Shown: positions 1 through 12,194 of the stretch, piece after piece
Layout of the letters: each line of letters begins with the position of its first letter
How positions within the stretch are numbered: position 1 is the first letter of the stretch
DNA from: Pristiophorus japonicus
Lineage: Eukaryota
Reading direction: 5' to 3'
Length of the DNA: 64,000 nucleotides
Assembly: GCF_044704955.1 (NCBI RefSeq)
Contig: NC_092007.1
Coordinates: 10,292,001-10,356,000, forward strand
The notes under the pieces: model-generated
Told to the model about the DNA's origin: nothing
Databases searched by the model: none
What the model saw: only the letters and a program-made list of their open reading frames with translations
Program-made: the position numbers and the translations under genes

Positions 1-99
1 CTGCTATGTAGCCACCACGGGCCCTTTCCAGCGGTCTAGAGGGGGGAGGGGGCATGGTTTCAGCGTCAGCCTGATTGTCTGGCCCGAGGTCAACATCCA

Positions 100-787
100 T
101 CTCCTCTTCCTCTCTCTCCTGAGGTAGACCATCAGACCCTTCTGGCAATTCTTGTCCCCTCCTGATAGCCAAATTGTGCAGCATGGAGCACACCAACACG
201 AATTGAGCTACCTGCTCAGGATGGTATTGGAGGTTGCCTCCTGAATGGTCCAGGCATCTAAAGCGTTGCTTAAGCACTCCATGGTTTTCTCAACGATATT
301 GCGAGTGGTTCCGTGGCTCTCGTTGTGTCACTTCTCGGCTTCGGTGTGGGTGTTACGCAGGGGGGTGGGTCACCAGCCAGGTGGCGAGGCCATTTCCTTT
401 GTCACCAAGCATCCAGCATTGACCTTGTGGCTGACTGGTAAACATGTCAGAAACAGCGCTCTCACGCAGGATGTGAGCATCATGGATGCTGCCCAGAAAT
501 TGAGCATTCGCTGCCATAATAATTTGCTGGTGGTCGACAACGATTTGCACATTCAGGGAGAGGAGTCCTTTGCGGTTCCTGAAAAACTCTGCATCCTGAA
601 AAGGTGCCTGCATCGCGATGTGCGTACAGCCTATTGCTCCCTGCACCTTGGGGAAGTTAGCAATTCGGTAGAATCCTAAAGCCCTCTCAGTCTGAGCCTC
701 CCTGGTCATAGGGAAGCTGATAAAGTCCCTCCTATTGCGCGTACAGGGCTTCAGTGACCTGCCTAATGCAGCAATGCTGAGATATAA
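100..787 (-). mobile_element. Decayed PIF/Harbinger (HARBI1-like) DDE transposase fragment
   Basis: Minus-strand translation FPKVQGAIGCTHIA...FRNRKGLLSLNVQIVVD...GSIHDAHIL...WMLGDKG, then CSMLHNLAI in another frame; frameshifted, first catalytic Asp (GAID) changed to Gly. Confidence 0.9.
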
Positions 788-1876
788 CGCCAACAAGCTG
801 GACGGAGAAGGAAGTGCTGCAAAAAGGAGAGCGGTCCTCCTCACAGTCTGCGGGGCACCGACCTACAGCCTCATGAAGAATCTTCTGGCTCCAGTGAAAC
901 CCACAGATAAGTTGTATGAGGAGCTGTGTACACTGGTTCAGGAGCATCTTTACCCGAGGGAGAGCATGCTGATGGCGAGGTATTGGTTCTACACGTGCCA
1001 GCGATCCGAAGGTCAGGAAGTGGTGAGCTACGTCGCCGAGCTAAGGCGACTTGCAGGACAATGTGAGTTTGATGGCTACCTGGAGCAAACGCTCAGAGAT
1101 TTTTTGTACTGGGCATTGGCCACGAGACCATCCTACGAAAACTTTTGACTGTAGAGACACCGACCTCAGTAAGACCATTGCGATAGCACAGGTGTTTATG
1201 TCCACCAGTGAGAACACCAAACAAATCTCTCAGCACACAAGTGCTGGCAAAGTTCAGAAATTAACTGGAACTGTGTTTGCGAGCAGAAATGTACAGGGCA
1301 GAAACCACGAGTCTGCAACTGCCAGCAGGCCTCAGGTGACCCAGATGACGCAGAGTATGCAACAAAGGATGAATGCAAGGCAATTCATACCTTGTTGACG
1401 TTGTGGAGGCTTCCATTCAGCTTATTCATGCCGCTTCAAAGGGTATGTTTGCAAGAGCTGTGGAACAATGGGGCACCTCCAACGAGCTTGCAGACGAGCT
1501 GCAAACTCTGCAAAACCTGCTAACCATCACGTGGCAGAGGAAGATCAGTCCATGGTGGATCAAAGCAATTTCGAGCCTCAAGAAGTGAGATGCTAAAGTA
1601 CACGGGATGCACACATTTGAGATGCAATGTCCACCTATAATGCTAAACGTAAAATTGAATGGCTTACCCGTAGCCATGGAACTGGACACTGGCGCTAGCC
1701 AATCCATCATGAGTAAAAAGATGTTTGAGAGACTGGGTGCAACAAGGCACTCAGACCAGCCCTGAGCCCCATCCACACGAAACTGAGAGCGTACACCAAA
1801 GAGCTTATCACTGTCCTGGGCAGCGCCATGGTCAAGGTCACCTACGAGGGCACGGTGCACGAACTGCCACTCTGGA

Positions 1877-3524
1877 TTGGCCCGGGTGATGGCCCCACAC
1901 TGCTTGGAAGGAGTCATCTGCTGGAACTGGGATGACATCCGAGCGCTATCACATGTCGATGAGGCCTCATGTACCCAGGTTCTTAACAAATTTCCTTCCC
2001 TTTTTGAGCCAGGCGTTGGAAACTTTTCCGGGGCAAAGATACGGATCCACTTGGTCCCAGAGGCACGACCCATTCACCACAAGGCGCGAGCGGTACCTCA
2101 CATGATGAGGGAGAGAGTGGAAATTGAGTTGGACAGGCTGCAATGCGAGGGCATCATCTCACCAGTGGAATTCAGCGAGTGGGCCAGCCCAATTGTTCCA
2201 GTACTCAAAAGTGATGGCACGGTCAGGATTTGCGGCGATTATAAAGTAACTATTAATCGTTTCTCGCTACAGGACTAATACCCGCAACCGAAGGCAGACG
2301 ACCTATTTGCGACGCTGCCAGGAGGCAAGACGTTCACCAAGCTCGACCTGATGCAGGGGCTGGAAGAGTCTTCGAAGGGCCTCACCTGCATCAACACGCA
2401 CAAGGGACTGTTCATCTACAACAGATGCCTATTTGGAATTCGGTCAGTTGCAGCGATCTTCCAGAGAAACATGGAGAGCCTACTCAAGTCGGTACCATAC
2501 ACGATGGTTTTTCAGGACGACATATTGGTCATGGGTCGGGACACCGTCGAGCACCTACAAAACCTGGAGAAGGTCCTCCAGCGACTGGATCACGTAGCGC
2601 TGCGGCTGAAGAGGTCGAAATGCATCTTCATGGCAACAGAAGTAGAGTTTTTGGGGAGAAAGATCGCGGCGGACGGCATTCGGCCCACAGACGCCAAGAC
2701 AGAGGCTATCAGGAACGCGCCCAGGCCACAGAACGTCACGGAGCTGCGGTCGTTCCTGGGACTCCTCAACTATTTTGGTAACTTCCTACCTGGGTTAAGC
2801 ACCCTCTTAGAGCCCCGACATGTGTTATTGCGTAAAGGTGAGAACTGGATATTGGGAAAAAAACAAGTAATTGCTTTTGAGAAAACCAGAAACATTTTAT
2901 GCGCCAACAAGCTGCTTGTATTGTATAACCCGTGTAAAAGACTTGTGCTAGCATGTGACGCATTGTCGTACGGAGTCGGGTGTGTATTACAACAAGCTAA
3001 CGTTGCGGGGAAGTTGCAACCTGTCGCCTATGCCTCCAGGAGCTTTTCTAAAGCCGAGAGTGCCTACAGCATGATTGAGAAAGAGGTATAAGTGTGTATG
3101 TTCAGGGTAAAGAAAATGCATCAGTACCTGTTTGGCCTCAAATATGAGCTGGAAGCCCCTCATATCCCTGTTCACTGAAAACAAGGGGATAAATACTAAT
3201 GCCTCAGCCCGCATACAAAGGTGGGCACTCGCGCTATCAGCGTATAACTATACCATCCGCCACAGGCCAGGCACCGAGAACTGTGCGGATGCTCTCAGTC
3301 GGCTACCATTGCCCACTACAGGGGTGGAAATGGCGCAGCCTGCAAACTTGTTGACGGTGGCACAGCCCGCAGACTTGTTGATGGTCATGGAAGAGTTTGA
3401 AAATGATAAATCACCTGTCACAGCCCGCCAGATTAGGACTTGTACCAGCCAAGATCCTCTGCTGTCCCTAGTAAAAAACTGTGTACTGCATGGGAGCTGG
3501 GCCAGCATCCCCGTTGAAATGTAA
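1877..3524 (+). pseudogene. pol: Gypsy RT/RNase H, broken into three ORFs
   Basis: WASPIVPVLK, ICGDYK, FQDDILV, LRSFLGLLNY, IQRWALAL motifs. Confidence 0.9.
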
Positions 3525-3584
3525 GAGCTAATCAAGCCGTTCCAGCGGCGAAAGGACGAGCTGTCCATTCAGGCAGACTGCCTG

Positions 3585-4781
3585 TTGTGGGGTAACCGCG
3601 TAGTGCTACCCAAAAATGGCAGAGAGACATTCATCTCAGATCTCCACAACACACACCCGGGTGTAGTAATGATGAAAGCGATAGCCAGATCCCACGTGTG
3701 GTGGCCCTGTATCGACTCTGACTTAGAGTCCTGTGTACGGCAATGCAGCGTGTGTGCTCAGTTGAGCAACGCACCCAGAGAGGCACCACTAGGTTTGTGG
3801 TCCTGGCCCTCCAGACCATGGTCGAGGATCCATGTCGACTATGCGGGCCCGTTTCTCGGTAAAATGTTCCTGGTGGTGGTGGATGCTTTTTCAAAATGGA
3901 TTGAATGTGAAATAATGTCGGGAAGCACCTCCACCGCCACCATTGAGAGCCTGAGGGCCATGTTTGCCACCCACGGCCTACCTGACATACTGGTCAGTGA
4001 CAACGGGCTATGTTTCACCTGTGCCGAATTTAAAGAATTCATGACCCGCAATGGGATCAAACATGTCACCTCGGCCCCGTTTAAACCAGCCTCCAATGGG
4101 CAGGCAGAGCGGACAGTACAAACCATCAAACAGAGCCTCAAACGAGTCACAGAAGGATCACTCCAAACCCGCCTGTCCCGAGTACTGCTCAGCTACTGCA
4201 CGAGACCCCACTCGCTCACAGGGGTGTCCCCGGCTGAGCTACTCATGAAAAGGACACTTAAAACCAGACTATCGCTGGTTCGCCCCAACCTGCATGATCA
4301 GGTAGAGAGCAGGCGGCAGCAACAAAATGTAAACGATGGTCACGTCACTGTGTCACGGGAAATTGATCTGAATGACCCTGTGTATGTGCTAAACTATGGA
4401 CATGGTCCCAAGTGGATCGCGGGCACGGCGATAGCTAAAGAAGGGAGTAGGGTGTTTGTCGTCAAACCAGACAATGGACAAATTTGCAGAAAGCACCTGG
4501 ACCAAACGAGGCTGCGGTTCACAGACTGCCCTGAACAACCCACAGCAGACACCACCTTTTTCGAGCCCACAACACACACCCAAAGGATCAACGACACCAC
4601 CCCGGACCAGGAAATCGAACCCATCACGCCCAACAGCTCAGCAAGGCCAGGCTCACCCAGCAGCCCCGCAGGGCCAACAACACGCCAGCCCAGCGAGGGC
4701 ACAGCCAACACAACAGAACAGACATTTGTACCGAGGCGGTCCACCAGGGAAAGAAAGGCTCCCGACCGCCTCACCTTGTAA
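3585..4781 (+). CDS. Gypsy integrase ORF (open, 398 aa)
   Basis: LHNTHPG...CSVC, HVDYAGP, VSDNG, SNGQAER, C-terminal PRRSTRERKAPDRL. Confidence 0.9.
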   Translation: MWGNRVVLPKNGRETFISDLHNTHPGVVMMKAIARSHVWWPCIDSDLESCVRQCSVCAQLSNAPREAPLGLWSWPSRPWSRIHVDYAGPFLGKMFLVVVDAFSKWIECEIMSGSTSTATIESLRAMFATHGLPDILVSDNGLCFTCAEFKEFMTRNGIKHVTSAPFKPASNGQAERTVQTIKQSLKRVTEGSLQTRLSRVLLSYCTRPHSLTGVSPAELLMKRTLKTRLSLVRPNLHDQVESRRQQQNVNDGHVTVSREIDLNDPVYVLNYGHGPKWIAGTAIAKEGSRVFVVKPDNGQICRKHLDQTRLRFTDCPEQPTADTTFFEPTTHTQRINDTTPDQEIEPITPNSSARPGSPSSPAGPTTRQPSEGTANTTEQTFVPRRSTRERKAPDRLTL

Positions 4782-4814
4782 ATAGTTTTCACTTTGACTT
4801 TGTGGGGGGAGTGA

Positions 4815-5025
4815 TGTTGTGTATCTGTAAAGCATGCACTCCCATGTTCTTCCACCAGGGAGCGCATCCCCTGAAGTCCCAAGGGATCCCAGCATCCCTT
4901 GGGAGCACTGTATATAAGCCGGCCCCTAAGGCCTGTTCTTCACTCTGGAGTGTCTTATTAAAGACTGATGTCACTGTTACTCTAACCTCCCTGTGTGCAG
5001 TCTCATCTGTGTTAGGAACACAACA
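4815..5025 (+). repeat. Gypsy 3' LTR (211 bp)
   Basis: Follows polypurine tract GGGGGGAG; ends TGTTGTGT...ACACAACA (inverted termini); TATATAA and ATTAAA inside. Confidence 0.85.
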
Positions 5026-5205
5026 ATGGTCACTTGCTATAAGGTCCAACTGGTACAGTGGGGTTGCAGAGTAAGTCTCGGGAGGGTGGGGAATGCACTG
5101 GGGCAACTGGGATTGTGGAATAACTCTCTGGAGATGGCAGCACAGGCTAACGTTGCAAGGAGCCTTGGGTCTTGGGTTTGTTCCAATGCTCTGTTTTGCT
5201 GACTG

Positions 5206-6118
5206 TCATCATCATAGGCAGTCCCTCGGAATCGAGGAAGACTTGCTTCCACTCTTAACATGAGTCCTTAGGTGGCTGAACAGTCCAATACGAGAGCCAC
5301 AGTCCCTGTCACAGGCGGGCCAGACAGTGGTTGAGGGAAGGGGAGGATGGGACTGGTTTGCCGCACGCTCCTTCCGCTGCCTGGGTCAATGACATCACGC
5401 CAGACCAGGAAATCGAACCCATCACGCCCAACAGCCCAGCAAGGCCAGGCTCAACCAGCAGCCCCGCAGGGCCAACAACACGCCAGCCCAGCCCAGTAGA
5501 CTGGGTCTTTACTCGTTGGAGTTCAGAAGGATGAGGGGTGATCTTATAGAAACATTTAAAATCATGAAAGGGATAGACAAGATCGAGGCAGAGAGGTTGT
5601 TTCCACTGGTCGGGGAGTTTAGAACTAGGGGGCACAGTCTCAAAATACGGAGGAGCCAATTTAACACCGAGTTGAGAAGGAATTTCTTCTCCCAGAGGGT
5701 TGTGAATCTGTGGAATTCTCTGCCCAAGGAAGCAGTTGAGGCTAGCTCATTGAATGTATTCAAGTCACAGATAGATAGATTTTTAACCAATAAGGGAATT
5801 AAGGGTTACGGGGAGAGGGCGGGTAAGTGGAGCTGAGTCCACGGCCAGATCAGCCATGATCTTATTGAATGGTGGAGCAGGCTCGAGGGGCTAGATGGCC
5901 TACTCCTGTTCCTAATTCTTATGTTCTTATGTTCTTATTATGCCTGCGCTTGGTTTCTGCACGCTCTCGGCGACGAGACTCGAGGTGCTCAGCGCCCTCC
6001 CGGATGCACTTCCTCCACTTAGGGCGGGACTGGTCTTTGGGCCCAGGGACTCCCAGGTGTCGGTGGGGATGTTGCACTTTATCAGGGAGGCTTTGAGAGT
6101 GGTTCCTTGTAACGGTTT
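5206..6118 (-). mobile_element. RTE-clade LINE 3' fragment, interrupted by a chimeric CR1 insertion at 5384-5940
   Basis: (TGA)n tail at 5206; matches other RTE copies on both sides of the insert; TGCCTG duplicated at 5378-5383 and 5941-5946. Confidence 0.85.
5495..5940 (+). mobile_element. CR1 LINE 3' fragment
   Basis: LEFRRMRGDLIETFKI...FFSQRVVNLWNSLP; (GTTCTTAT)n tail; near-identical to 15161-15597. Confidence 0.95.
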
Positions 6119-6842
6119 CAGCACTGTGGTTAACCTTGGCCTTTAATTACCTTTTGATTATTAGTGAGATCACTGTGAGGCATGTGGCATTTTATAATGT
6201 AGCAAATCTATTCTTATTGGCACCGATTTGTCAGTCCTGCTCTGGGCCAATTTTGAAGCCTGAGGTTCATGGCGGGAATTGGTTCACGTGTGATGGGTAG
6301 CTCCACTGAGGCATGTTTACTCACTAATATTGAACCTCTGACTTGTTTTGAAGGAAGTGCCAATGAATCATGTCGAGACATGAATAGAATGTCTTGCTGC
6401 TAAACGCACTGCCCAGTGCAGTCAAGAGCCATGTAGGCTTGGGAAACTCGTGTCCCTGTGGCCACTGCTGATTTAGGCGGTCTCCACTCAGCCAGCTGGA
6501 GGGTTGTTGCAGTTGGCTCAGTTCCATGGATTCGGGATGGGAAGCTTGGCGTGGGTTCCTGCTCCTGGTCGCCACCTGGTGACTCCGGCTGGCAGTGCGT
6601 GTGTATGCAGGTTGGATGTGAACAGTGTTTGGCTCAGCATGTGTAAGTTCAGTTGTGTGAAAAGTGGCCAGTTGGGTGAAGCACTGAAGAGCCACTGCTG
6701 CCAGCGGCAGTGTACCCCAGCATGAGCCGCCCACTTCTGGATAGGGAAGGGTAAAGGGCGCAAATTGGTGAAGGAAAGGAAGGGGAAGAGACTCTGGTCT
6801 TGACGTGACCCATGAGACGCATGTAGTTGGGGAGGGTGACCC

Positions 6843-7462
6843 CATCATCATCATCATCACGGGCAGTCCCTCGGAATCGAGGAAGACTTGCTTCCACTCT
6901 TAAAATGAGTCCTTAGGTGGCTGAACAGTTCAATATGGGAACCACGGTCCCTGTCACAGGTGGGACAGACAGTGGTTGAGGGAAAGGGAGGGTGGGACTG
7001 GTTTGCCGCACGCTCCTTCCGCTGCCTGCGCTTGGTTTCTGCTCGAGGTGCTCAGCGCCCTCCCGGATGCACTTCCTCCACTTAGGGCGGACTGGTCTTT
7101 GGGCCAGGGACTCCCAGGTGTCGGTGGGAATGTTGCACTTTATCAGGGAGGCTTTGAGGGTGGTCCCTTGTAACGTTTCCTCTGCCCACCTTGGGCTCGT
7201 TTGCCGTGAAGGAGTTCCAAGTAGAGCGCTCGCTTTGGGGGCATGCGGACAATGTGGCCCTGCCCAGCGGAGCTGGTCGAGTGTGGTCAGTGCTTCGATG
7301 CTGGGGATGTTGGCCTGGCCGAGGACACGAACGTTGGTGCGTCTGTCCTCCCAGGGGATTTGCAGGATCTTGCGGGGGCATCGTTGGTGGTATCTCTCCA
7401 GCGACTTGAGGTGTCTACTGTACATGGTCCATGTCTCTGAGCCATACAGGAGGTCGGGTATT
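6843..7462 (-). mobile_element. RTE-clade LINE 3' fragment
   Basis: LLYGSETW...KILQIPWEDRRTN...QLRWAG; (TGA)n tail. Confidence 0.9.
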
Positions 7463-7821
7463 AATACATATATGTCCATTGAGCCCTCAGTTGCAAAGTG
7501 TAGTGGCCATTGATTGATGTACTCACAAGCTGAAGGTTAGGAGCTTTCAGTATGCCTGAAGCTATGAGGGAGACTTATTTTCCCAACTGACATCTTGCCA
7601 TTGTCACAGGTAGTGAGTGGGTTATAGCGAATAGTATCAGCTTGACTCTGTTTCCAGCACTCTTTTCGCTGGGGTCATGTCATAACACAAGCTGACACAC
7701 TGAAAGAGTGCTGCACTATTGGAGGTGCTCCCCTTTGGATGAGGCAGCAAGTTCCCGTTTACCTGATCCCACAGCACGGCTCGAAGAGCAGGGATTTCTC
7801 TTGCTAGCCAGGCCTTTCTTT

Positions 7822-8286
7822 CACACTCGATCAGCTCCGCTGGGCAGGGCCACATTGTCCGCATGCCCCAGACACGAGACTCCCAAAGCAAGCGCTCTAC
7901 TCGGAACTCCTTCACGGCAAACGAACCCAAGGTGGGCAGAGGAAACGTTACAAGGGACCACCCTCAAAGCCTCCCTGATAAAGTGCAACACCCCCACTGA
8001 CACCTGGGAGTCCCTGGCCCAAAGACCAGTCCGCCCTAAGTGGAGGAAGTGCATCCGGGAGGGCGCTGAGCACCTCGAGTCTCGTCGCCGAGAGCATGCA
8101 GAAACCAAGCGCAGGCAGCGGAAGGAGCATGCGGCAAACCAGTCCCACCCTCCCCTTCCCTCAACGACTATCTGTCCCACCTGTGACAGGGACTGTGGCT
8201 CTCGTATTGGACTGTTCAGCCACCAAAGGACTCATTTTAAGAGTGGAAGCAAGTCTTCCTCGATTCCGAGGGACTGCCTATGATGA
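7822..8286 (+). mobile_element. RTE-clade LINE 3' fragment
   Basis: TLKASLIKCN...CPTCDRDCGSRIGLFSHQRTH; tail GCCTATGATGAT. Confidence 0.9.
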
Positions 8287-8950
8287 TCTTTCCCTCAACC
8301 ACATCGCTGAAAAATAATTAACTGGACATTCATCGGCCCGAGTGGAACATTGCTAGCACGGGTTTAGTTGCTGGACTCGCATGAAGACTCTGAAACATTT
8401 GGGTAGTAGTGTTTTATGCAATGCCAATATTGATCGGAACAGAGTGAAGTGTACTGGGAGCAGCATGGGTGTCTTGCACAGTAAGTATTGCATGACTCTT
8501 TGAGTCACCATCCCATGTCAACGATTGATTGTACCCTGCACACCGCCATCGATACCCTGGGCCTCCACTTTGCCATGTTCAAACCCACCCTGGAGAATCT
8601 AGTGCACATCCAAGCAGAAAGAGAAATGGTTTTGCACCCAGCAGATCATCGGTCCCTGTGCCCAGACTGAGCTGGGCCACGGTTAGTGTTCCAGAAGATA
8701 TGGTCTTCAATTGTGGTGCTGCAAAATGGTGAATGTGCCACGGAGCTGCCCATGTGAGGTGGCGAGGACCCCAAGTGGCGCTATGTGCTCCTGACTGAAT
8801 GCCAACTCCAATGACTGAAGGCACCGAGATAGGGGTACTTCCTCAGGGCACCGCGAGTTCTTCATCTCGGCCCTGCCGTCGAGGCAGAGACAGTGCAGCG
8901 GGAAAGATGGCGGAGAAAACCGGTGGGCCACCCTTTGTGCACCTCCCGGG

Positions 8951-9682
8951 TCATCATAGGCAGTCCCTCGGAATCGAGGAAGACTTGCTTCCACTCTTAA
9001 AATTGAGTCCTCAGGTGGCTGAACAGTCCAATACGAGAACCACAGTCCCTGTCACAGGTGGGACAGATAGATGTTGAGGGAAGGGGAGGGTGGGACTGGT
9101 TTGCCGCACGCTCCTTCCGCTGCCTGCGCTTGGTTTCTGCACGCTCTCGGCGACGAGACTCGAGGTGCTCAGCGCCCTCCCGGATGCACTTCCTCCACTT
9201 AGGGCGGACTGGTCTTTGGGCCAGGGACTCCCAGGTGTCGGTGGGGATGTTGCACTTTTTCAGGGAGGCTTTGAGGGTGGTCCCTTGTAACGTTTCCTCT
9301 GCCCACCTTTGGCTCGTTTGCCGTGTGGGAGTTCCGAGTAGAGCGCTCGCTTTGGGAGTCTCGTGTCTGGCATGTGAACAATGTGGCCTGCCCAACGGAG
9401 CTGGTCGAGTGTGGTCAGTGCTTCGATGCTGGGGATGTTGGCCTGGTCGAGGACGCTAACGTTGGTGCATCTGTCCTCCCAGGGGATTTGCAGGATCTTG
9501 CGGAGACATCATTGGTGGTATTTCTCCAGCGACTTGAGGTGTCCACTATACACGGTCCATGTCTCTGAGCCATACAGGAAGGCGGGTATTACTACAGCCC
9601 TGCAGACCATGAACTTGGTGGTGGATTTGAGGGCCTGGTCTTCGAACACTCTCTTTCTCAGGCGGATAAAGGCTGCACTGGC
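8951..9682 (-). mobile_element. RTE-clade LINE 3' fragment
   Basis: Same C-terminal ORF and tail as the other copies. Confidence 0.9.
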
Positions 9683-10119
9683 ACATTTTAGCTGTGTAAC
9701 CCATTGATCACTCCCTGTGTATTATATCTCAGTATTACTGTTACAGACTGTGTCCAAACCGTGTCTCAGGAACACCTTTAGATGTGTAACCCATTGATCA
9801 CTCTCCCTGTGTGAGAGATGATAACGTCCCAAATATCCCACCAATGTGCGGGAACAACAGGCAATTTGTTTATTATTTTCCCTGTTGACAGTGTGGGTGG
9901 GTCTGGCAGAGCCTCATTTCTTGACCATCGTGACCTGACCCACTGCAGTCCTTGTCAGGAAGGTGCTCCCACATTGGGGAATGTGGGAAGAGGCTTCAGA
10001 ACCTCCCTCTGCAGCATCACCTACTGGCCAGCACCAGCAACTGCTTCATGTCGCCTCGGGTTCTTTACTGATTATCGTCAATCTGTGTGCCTCTGGTTAC
10101 CCCCCCTCCTGCCCCTGGG

Positions 10120-10915
10120 AACAGTGTCTCCTGATTCACTCTATCAAAAACCCCTCGTGATTCTGAACACCTCGATTAAATCTCCCCTTAACCTTCTCTG
10201 CTCGAAGGAGAACAGCCCCAGCTTCTCCTCCAAACCCTCTGCGCGGCCTTGACATTTGCCTAACATGCGGCGCCCAGAATTGGACACAATACTCCAGTTG
10301 AGGCCTCACCAGTGATTTATAAAGGTCCCAGGAGGAATTTAAGAACCTAAGAAATAGGAGCAGGAGTCGGCCATATGGCCCTTCGAGCCTGCTCCGCCAT
10401 TCAACACGATCATGGCTGATAATCGACCTCAAGTCCAATTTCCTGCCCGATCTCCATATCCCTTGATTCCTCTGGACCCCAAAAATCTCTCGATCTCAGC
10501 CCTGAATACATTCAGAGACTCAGCATCTACAGTCTTCGGGAGCAGAGAATTCCAAAGATTTACAACCCTCTGAGTCAAGAAATTCCTCCTCATCTCAGTC
10601 CTAAATGGCCGACCCCTTATCCTGAGTCTGTGACCCCTGGTTCTAGACTCCCCAGCCCGGGGGGCAACATCCTCTCAGCATCTACCCTGTCAATCCCTCT
10701 CAGAATCTTGCACGATTCAATGAGATCAGCTCTCATTCTTCTCAACTCCAGAGAGTATAGGCCCGTTCTACACAATCCCTCATCGTAAGACAGCCCTCTC
10801 ATCCCGCAACCAATCCAGTGAACCTCCGTTGAACCGCCTCCATGGCAGATGTGTCCTTCCTTAGATAAGGAGACCAAGACTGTGCACAGTACTCCGCAGT
10901 GCTCCCGATACTGAT
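10120..10915 (-). mobile_element. Two nested CR1 3' fragments
   Basis: LVRPQLEYCVQFWAP and GLYSLELRRMRADLIE on the minus strand; (TTCTTAGG)-like tail near 10335-10352. Confidence 0.85.
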
Positions 10916-11429
10916 CTGAATTTCGGGACAAATCACACTGTTAGCAGAATCCCAGCTGCCCCCATCCTCCCCCTTCCCTGGGGGTGATGGGGTATCACAT
11001 GGACACACAGGCACACAGTTCCCATTATTTACCGAACCTTCACTTTGACAATATGTCACGTCGAACTTAAATTAAAATCTGCAACACCAACAACTTGCAT
11101 TTGAAGGAAGTGACAGGATGAACTTGGAGCCTGTTTTTTAGGCCGAAAACCAAATTCTTCGACCCTAAACCTTCTCGTCTCTTCTCTCTTTAGGATTAAG
11201 AGCTGGTTAGTCGGACTGCAGGTTATAGTGAGGTGCGTGGAAGCAGGTGAGAGTACAGAGCGCGCTGCTTTGTTGTGGGTCTTTTTATTGGGAGGCCCTT
11301 GACTAGGCCTCAGGCCTGTAGTTCAGGGCTGCACCAGGGGCGTAACCGAGACAACCAGGAGTTAGTGGCTGGAGCAGCACGAAGTTGGGAATGTACCCGA
11401 CTGTCACTGTGATCTCCGGGAGGTCAATC

Positions 11430-11690
11430 GCAGCAACATCTTGCATTTATATAGCACCTATTAGGGCCCAAGGCCCTTCACAGGAGCAGTTAACCAGACT
11501 AAATTTGACACCGAGCCACGTAAGGGGATATTGGGATAGGTGACCTAAAGCTTGGTCAAAGAGGTGGGTTTTAAGGAGCATCTTAAACGTGGGGAGCGAG
11601 GGAGGTGGAGAGGTTTAGGGAGGGAATTCCAGAGCTTAGGGCCCAGGCAGCTGAAGGCACAGCTGCCAATGGAGGAAGAGAGCAGGAGAG
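11430..11690 (-). mobile_element. L2-type LINE 3' end fragment
   Basis: AFSCLGPKLWNSLP...LKP motif on minus strand; 3' end GCTATATAAATGCAAG. Confidence 0.7.
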
Positions 11691-11894
11691 ACGAGAGAGA
11701 GGAGGGGGGAATTTGGGGGGAGAGAGAGATGGGGAGGGGGAGGATTATAACGGGGCCCTCCCTCACTGCGATCGAGTTCACAATTATTTCAGCAAAATAA
11801 CAGTCGAGCTAAGAGAGAGTTTCCCACAATTATTGTCCTTAAACCTTCCGTACATTCAGACTGGTTCTTCACACCCCAGGTTCATCCCTGAAAA

Positions 11895-12194
11895 GACAGA
11901 CTTGCATTTCTACTGCAACTTTCTCCTCCTCGGCATCGCAAAGCACTTCACCGCCAGTGAAGGACTTTTGAAGTGTGGTCACGATTGCAATGTGTGAAGC
12001 ACGGCAGCCAATTTGCACACAGCAAGCTCTCACAAACAGCAATGTGATAACGACCGGATAATCTGTATTAGTGATGTTGGTTGAAGAACAAATACTTCCG
12101 AGGACACCGGGGATTACTTTCCCCTGCTCTTCTTCGAAATATTGGCTGTGGGATCTTTGATGTCCACCTTCGAGAGCAGACGTCGGTTTAACAT
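11895..12194 (-). mobile_element. Deu-domain SINE (SacSINE1/AmnSINE1-like), split by CR1; head continues at 15605-15665
   Basis: Reverse complement of the uninterrupted copy at about 39870-40225; family assignment from recalled consensus. Confidence 0.7.

Larger units (their letters stand above)
788..5025 (+). mobile_element. Gypsy/Ty3 (Mag-like) LTR retrotransposon, 5'-truncated, defective
   Basis: Gag with two zinc knuckles (about 1393-1492, CKSCGTMGHLQRAC), protease MELDTGA (about 1676), RT FQDD, RNase H CDA, integrase H-H-C-C/SDNG/NGQAER, PPT and 3' LTR; several stops and frameshifts; no 5' LTR. Confidence 0.95.

Noticed and set aside
6324-6860. 178-aa ORF starting with poly-Met
   Set aside because: Poly-Met comes from the RTE (TGA)n tail; the remainder has no recognisable domain
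9686-9812. Short direct repeat TGTGTAACCCATTGATCACTC
   Set aside because: Two copies only, consistent with a simple local duplication
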